Shown: one piece after another, positions 57,833 through 64,000 of the stretch
Position numbering within the stretch: the first letter of the stretch is position 1
Layout of the letters: the number at the start of each line of letters is the position of its first letter
From: the human T2T-CHM13v2.0 reference genome, Homo sapiens
Assembly (NCBI RefSeq): GCF_009914755.1
Contig: NC_060934.1
DNA: 64,000 bases
Reading direction: 5' to 3' (one strand)
Program-made: the position numbers and the translations under genes
The notes under the pieces: model-generated
The model's input: only the letters and a program-made list of their open reading frames with translations
Database searches by the model: none
What the model was told of the DNA's origin: nothing

Positions 57833-59247
57833 TGAGAGGTGACAGCGTGCTGGCAGTCCTCAGAGCCCTCGCTTGCTCTCAGCACCTCCCCTGCCTGGGC
57901 TCCCACTTTGTGGCATTTGAGGAGCCCTTCAGCCCCCCACTGCACTGTGGGAGCCCCTTTCTGGGCTGGCCAAGGCCGGAGCCCACTCCCTCAGCTTGCA
58001 GGGAGGTGTGGAGGGAGAGGCACGAGCGGGAACCGGGGCTGCGTGCGGCGCTTGCGGGCCAGGTGGAGTTCCGGGTGGGCGTGGGCTTGGCGGGCCCCGC
58101 ACTCGGAGCAGCCAGCCAGCCCTGCTGGCCCCGGGCAGTGGGGGACTTAGCACCCGGGCCAGTGGCTGCGGAGGGTGTACTGAGTCCCCCAGCAGTGCTG
58201 GCCCACCGGCACTGCGCTTGATTTCTCGCTGGGCCTTGGCTGCCTTCCCGCGGGGCAGGGCTCGGGACCTGCAGCCCACCATGCCTGAGCCTCCCACCCA
58301 CTCCATGGGCTCCTGTGCTGCCCGAGCCTCCCCGACGAGCACCACCCCCTACTCCACGGCGCCCAGTCCCATCGACCACCCAAGGGCTGAGGAATGCGAG
58401 CGCACGGTGCAGGACTGGCAGGCAGCTTCACTTGCAGCCCCAGTGCGGGATCCACTAGGTGAAGCCAGCTGGGCTCCTGAGTCTGGTGGGGACGTGGAGA
58501 GTCTTTATATCTAGCTCAGGGATTGTAAATACACCAATCAGCACCCTGTGTTTAGCTCAAGGTTTGTGAGTGCACCAATCGACACTCTGTATCTAGCTGC
58601 TCTGGTGAGGACGTGGAGAACCTTTATGTCTAGCTCAAGGATTGTAAATACACCAATCGGCACTCTGTATCTAGCTCAAGGTTTGTAAACACACCAATCA
58701 GCACCCTGTGTTTAGCTCAAGGTTTGTGAATGCACCAATTGGCACTTTGTATCTAGCTGCTCTGGTGGGGCCTTGGAGAACCTGTGTGTTGAAACTCTAT
58801 CTAACTAATCTGATGGGGAGGTGGAGAACCTTTGTATCTTGCTCAGGGATTGTAAACGCACCAATCAGCGCCCGGACAAAACAGGCCACTGGGCTCTACC
58901 AATCAGCAGGATGTGGGTGGGGCCAGATAAGAGAATAAAAGCAGGCTTTCGGAGCCGGCATTGGCAACCCACTCGGGTCTCCTTCCCCACTGCGGAAGCT
59001 TTGTTCTTTCGCTCTTTGCAATATGTTTTGCTACTGCTCACTCTTTGAGTCCATGCTGCTTTTATGAGCTGTAACACTCACCGTGAAGATTTGCAGCTTC
59101 ACTCCTGAGCCCAGCAAGACTACGAGCCCACCAGGAGGAACGAACAACTCCAGACGTCCCCCCCTAAGAGCTGTAACACTCACCGCGAGGGTCAGCAACT
59201 TCATTCTTGAAGTCAGTGAGACCAAGAACCCACCAATTCTGGACACA
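57833..59247 (+). mobile_element. Solo LTR12 (LTR12C-like, ERV9) LTR
   Basis: TGAGAGGTGACAGCGTGCTGGCAG...CCAATTCTGGACACA; 4-bp TSD GTTT; tandem CACCAAT(C) repeats; AGATAA and AATAAA at 58925-58939. Confidence 0.96.
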
Positions 59248-59296
59248 GTTTCCGTGGGAAACCTTGGGGAAAAAATCCACTGGGAAATGTCTTGTG

Positions 59297-59901
<605 letters not shown>

Positions 59902-61168
59902 TAAATTTCACTGTGTATGAGTTAGTTTGATTTTAAGGAATCTTCCTATCACTTCACACGAAGTGCTAATGAGGAAGACAAAAGACTAGAATCATGCCCA
60001 TGGTTTTTTAGCCTTTTATCGGCCAACGACATCTGCAAAGCCACTTGCTGTGCTAAGTAACTAGGATCAGAACCTGTATGGCCTGGAATGTCTGTCTAGT
60101 CAGTAGACCTTGGACACAGACATCACAAAACTATATAACCAGAAATGACAGGTTGAAAAACATGTTCGAGGTTGTTGCTTATCTTTAATTTTTCTCAAAC
60201 ATATCAGAAACTATATTCCTTAAGTCCTGGATGCAAACCACATCTTTTCCATTTAACGTGACAAACTTGGACTGATAGATGGTTTCTTGCTGACAGAAAA
60301 TTCTGGGTGGGTTCGTAAGACCAAGTCAACTTAGCAGAAAATCCTGTGTTGACTTTTCGTGTGCAAGGCTCTAGTTTCTGATTTCTTGAGTGCCAAGGGG
60401 AAGGTATTGCCATAGGAAATGAAAGCTTGATTGATTAGAACAGAGTTCTGCCTTTTAAAAGATTCAATTGCTGGACTTAAAGGACTGCATTGAACTCTCA
60501 AGGGGGAGGCTGCCCTTCTAATTCTTTTCTCTCCCTAGGCAGTGGTGACTCTTTTTCCCATGCCTTGAAAGAGCATGTTGTGGACAGTCACACTGTGGGA
60601 ATAGCCTCATGTAAAACATCCCTCGGGTCTTGGTCTAACCATAACCATCTATTAGTCATCTATTAGAAAAGGAAAGGCTTCAGAGATCCACAAACTACAG
60701 ACAAAGCAAGAAATGTTTTCTCACTTCACATGACATTGGCAGGAGTGTACTCTCAGTGGGACAGCTCCCACTTCTGTTAGAAAAGTTAAAAATTAAAGTG
60801 CACTTAGTAACAGCCTTGCAGGCTGCACTGGCAGGCTCCTGGACACACCATACCTCTGTCTAACTACAACTGTGACTTTGGTGTCTCTCTACCTGGTTGG
60901 CACATGGCACAACAGTGGGCAGTCTCTAGCCTTCTCTTGAGGCAGGCCCTGGGCTGCTGATCTAGACTGTTTCTAGTTCAGACGGTGATCCCCTTGTCCA
61001 AGTCCCCTCTAAGTCAAGCTCTAAGTGACTCCAAGCCAAACTGAAACCTTATCTCCCAATGGGACCCAAAAATAAATTGGATACTCAGAGATGTTCTAGG
61101 CAGGAAATTATTCTGGGTCAAACTTCTTCATTCCCAATTCATTATAAACTGCACTTGCATAACAGGGT

Positions 61169-61533
61169 TGTATTAGTCCGTTTTCCCACTGCTATAAAGA
61201 ACTACCCAACATTGGGTAATTTATAAAGAAAAGAGGTTTAATTGACACAGTTTCTCATGGCTGGGGAGGCCTCGAGAAACTTACAGTCATGGCGGAAGGG
61301 GAAGCAAGACCTTCTTCACACGGCAACAGGAAAGAGAAAGTGAGCAAGAAAGGGAAAACTGCCTTATAAAACCATCAGATCTCGGGAGAACTCACTCACT
61401 ATGGCGAGAACAGAATGGGGGAAACAGTCCCCGTGATCCAATCACCTCCTCTCAGTTTCCTCCCTCAACACGTGAGGATTATGGGGATTAAAATTCAAGA
61501 TGAGATTTGGGTGGACAGAGTTAAGCCATATCA
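61169..61533 (-). mobile_element. THE1D/MSTA-like MaLR solo LTR
   Basis: TGTATTAGTCCGTTTTCCCACTGCTATAAAGAACTACC...GCCATATCA; TSD AGGGT/AGGAT. Confidence 0.9.
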
Positions 61534-61569
61534 AGGATCAATCAATTGGTAAGGTTATTTTTGCCTTTT

Positions 61570-62900
61570 ATAAGTTATAATATTTAATTTCTGTGATTTC
61601 GACTAGATAAAACCTGCACACATACAGAATCCATAAACCACAGAAGAGTACACAGTGAAGTGTTTCTTTCTTACCCGCATTTCCCAAGGATCCAGTTTCC
61701 CTCTTTGGGGACATCTGTTTTTACCCTTTCTTTAACCTTCCGGGGATGATAATATATGCCTACACCCACACTACACATACACAGATAAATACATATGATT
61801 TTTCATCAAATGATTGTATACTGTACAATGTTAGTTCTAAATATTATTTTTTAAACCTAGCAATATTACATTGAAGCCATTCTTTTTGACTGCTGTATAA
61901 TATTCTGCTTCATGGATATGTCATAATTTATTCAATCAGTTTCCTGTTGACAGACTTTTAAATTGTTCCCAGTATTTTGATATTACAAACAATTCTGCGG
62001 TCCACATCTTTGTACCTACATAATTTCACATGTATATATTTGTAATATAAATTTCTAGAAGTCAATATAACATCTTATAATTAATGATATGCTACCTGTT
62101 TTTCCTGATGCATTAATTTCTTTCACTGTGTAATCAGTGTTTTCTTTTTCTTTTTTGTGATAATGTGAAAAATTAAATTTTCTCTAGCGGTTTGTTTTTA
62201 TAAGAATATAGTATGCCTTATATAATGACTCTATTTCTCTGATTATCATTTGTTTATTTATTACTATAATCAATGTTGAATTCAATGATTTCCACTTAAC
62301 CCCAGCCTTCCCTCTACTACATGATTTTGTTTGATTTTTGCTATTTTTCTTAGTATTAATATTTATATAATTAAATAAACCTAAATTTGTTGGTTTATCA
62401 GCACTGGTGCTTGGCTATAGGATATAAGGAAATCTCTAAACCTACAGTATTTTCCTCTTTCTATCCCCTTTATCTCTGAAATTTTGTTATTTATATAGTA
62501 TTTCTGTTGTCAAGAATTATTTCTTTATCTTTGGTATCCATTAGCTCTACTGGAATATGTCTCAGTGTTGATAATTTGATAAAATGCTTTTCCTAGAATA
62601 AGAGGTGCCATTTAAGATTTAGACCCAAGCCTTCTATTAATTCTGGATCTCATTAATCTATCATTTGTATTTGTTATTTTTCTCTAACCCTTTCCAGCTC
62701 TCATCTACTCCCATTTCACCTCCTCACTCTTCTGACTCTTGTCCTCCACGTCTCTTGCTATGTTTTCAGCAGTGTCTAGGCCCTTCGTGCTATTTCTGAA
62801 GTCACCTTCATAATTCTCCTATTATTCCATCTAATCTTCCCTTATCATTTGGCTTTAAACTCTTGTGAGTTTGTGATGAGATATTGATGCTAGTTTTTAA
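61570..62900 (-). mobile_element. Ancient L1ME/HAL1-like fragments
   Basis: CATTCTTTTTGACTGCTGTATAATATTC...ATAATTTATTCAATCAGTTTCCTGTTGA; T-rich decayed LINE; boundaries uncertain. Confidence 0.6.
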
Positions 62901-63401
62901 CTGGTCTGTGGGATACTGTTTTCGTGATATTTGTTTTCCCTTCGCCTACCGCCATGATTGTAAGTTTCACTGCTTTTAAATTTGTCAATCTCCTCCACCT
63001 CCCCCAGCTTCCTCTCCTCCATTTCTTTCTGCCTTTCTTCTTGCAGTGTCTTTCTATAGATCCTGTGATACTTCCGTAGCACTCGTCTTCATTAGTATGG
63101 GCTTCCTGAACCAGCAATTATCGGTGGTGAATGTGAGGCAGAGGACGGAGCCATCTAACTTCCTTGTGAAGTTCCTCTTTGCAGAGTGGTATGTGTGAGT
63201 GAGCTCTCTTTTTCTTCTCTCTGCCCAGCAGAGATTGGCAGCTGCATTGCCATTGGCCATGCACACCCCCTTGCCTTTACCCTGCCTTGTGGGCAGATGG
63301 GATAATGGTGATCCATTATTCAACTCTGCCTCTTGTGTTTCTGGAGGACAGAGGAAAGGAGGCATTGATAGCTTTATTCTGCCATTTAAATACTGGAAGT
63401 C

Positions 63402-63525
63402 TGCCAGGCACGGTAGCTCATGCCTGTAATTCCAGCACTTTGGCAGGCCAAGCTGGAGGATTGCTTAAGGCCATGAGTTTGAGACCAGCCTGGGGAACAT
63501 AGCAAGACCCCATTTCTAAAAAATT
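63402..63525 (+). mobile_element. Alu left monomer (FLAM-like)
   Basis: Single arm. Confidence 0.85.
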
Positions 63526-64000
63526 ATTTTTTAATTTAAATATTGGAAGTAAATTGGTAAGTTTTTATTAAGGTTTGGTAATATGGAGAAAAGAGCAACG
63601 GTCTTGAAGCAAAATGAGCCATCCCGCCTCTTACTAGCTATGCAACTTTCAACCTCCCTGAGCTCATACTTTGCTGTCTGAGATGATAATGAAGCCTTTG
63701 TAGCCTGGCTCCTGGGGTTCCTGTGGGCAAGAACAGCAAAATGCATGTGAAAGTACTTTCCATGAAATTCGCTGTATAAATGTGAGAAAATCTTAAAATT
63801 AGTATTAATCATAACTTTTAAAAAAAGCAAAACCATCATCTCTTAAGGCCTATCTTAATGCTGGTTTCAAATTTACAGGCCTCGAAATGCAGGAGGTTCA
63901 TAAAAGCATTTTGCTCACGCTGAGACTTCCATTGTTTGTCGAGGGAACATTTCAAATTTTAAAAGCACCCGCCCTTCTAAGGAGCCATCTTCATTTTTGA

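Noticed and set aside
57814-59246. Multiple 70-170 aa ORFs
   Set aside because: All lie inside the GC-rich LTR12; no gag/pol/env sequence, solo LTR only

Overview
Primate (almost certainly human) genomic DNA at the 5' end of ITGB1 (integrin beta-1, minus strand; chr10p11.22 from memory). I recognise the GC-rich sequence at 2884-3104 and 2498-2634 as the two alternative non-coding first exons of ITGB1, each ending at a GT donor. Bases 1-2497 are intron 1. From about 3.6 kb onward the window is probably inside the divergent lncRNA ITGB1-DT (+ strand). It is dominated by about 40 Alus, L1 fragments, MaLR/ERV LTRs (including a solo LTR12) and DNA-transposon relics. No protein-coding exon is supported; the ORF track reflects GC-rich and repeat sequence. 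I do not see a demonstrably new biological system. The best leads are: (1) a mariner/MADE1-ended element whose interior is a 35-bp tandem array (4959-5109); (2) a ~135-bp inverted repeat that I cannot assign to a known repeat, with an AP-1 site in each arm (15029-15918); (3) two distal CpG-rich AP-1 elements (25.4 and 50.5 kb) with minus-strand donors that could act as far-upstream ITGB1 first exons, where exon choice would set the Kozak -3 base and uORF load; (4) a convergent pair of CTCF-like motifs bracketing those elements. Repeat subfamily calls and boundaries were read by eye and are approximate.
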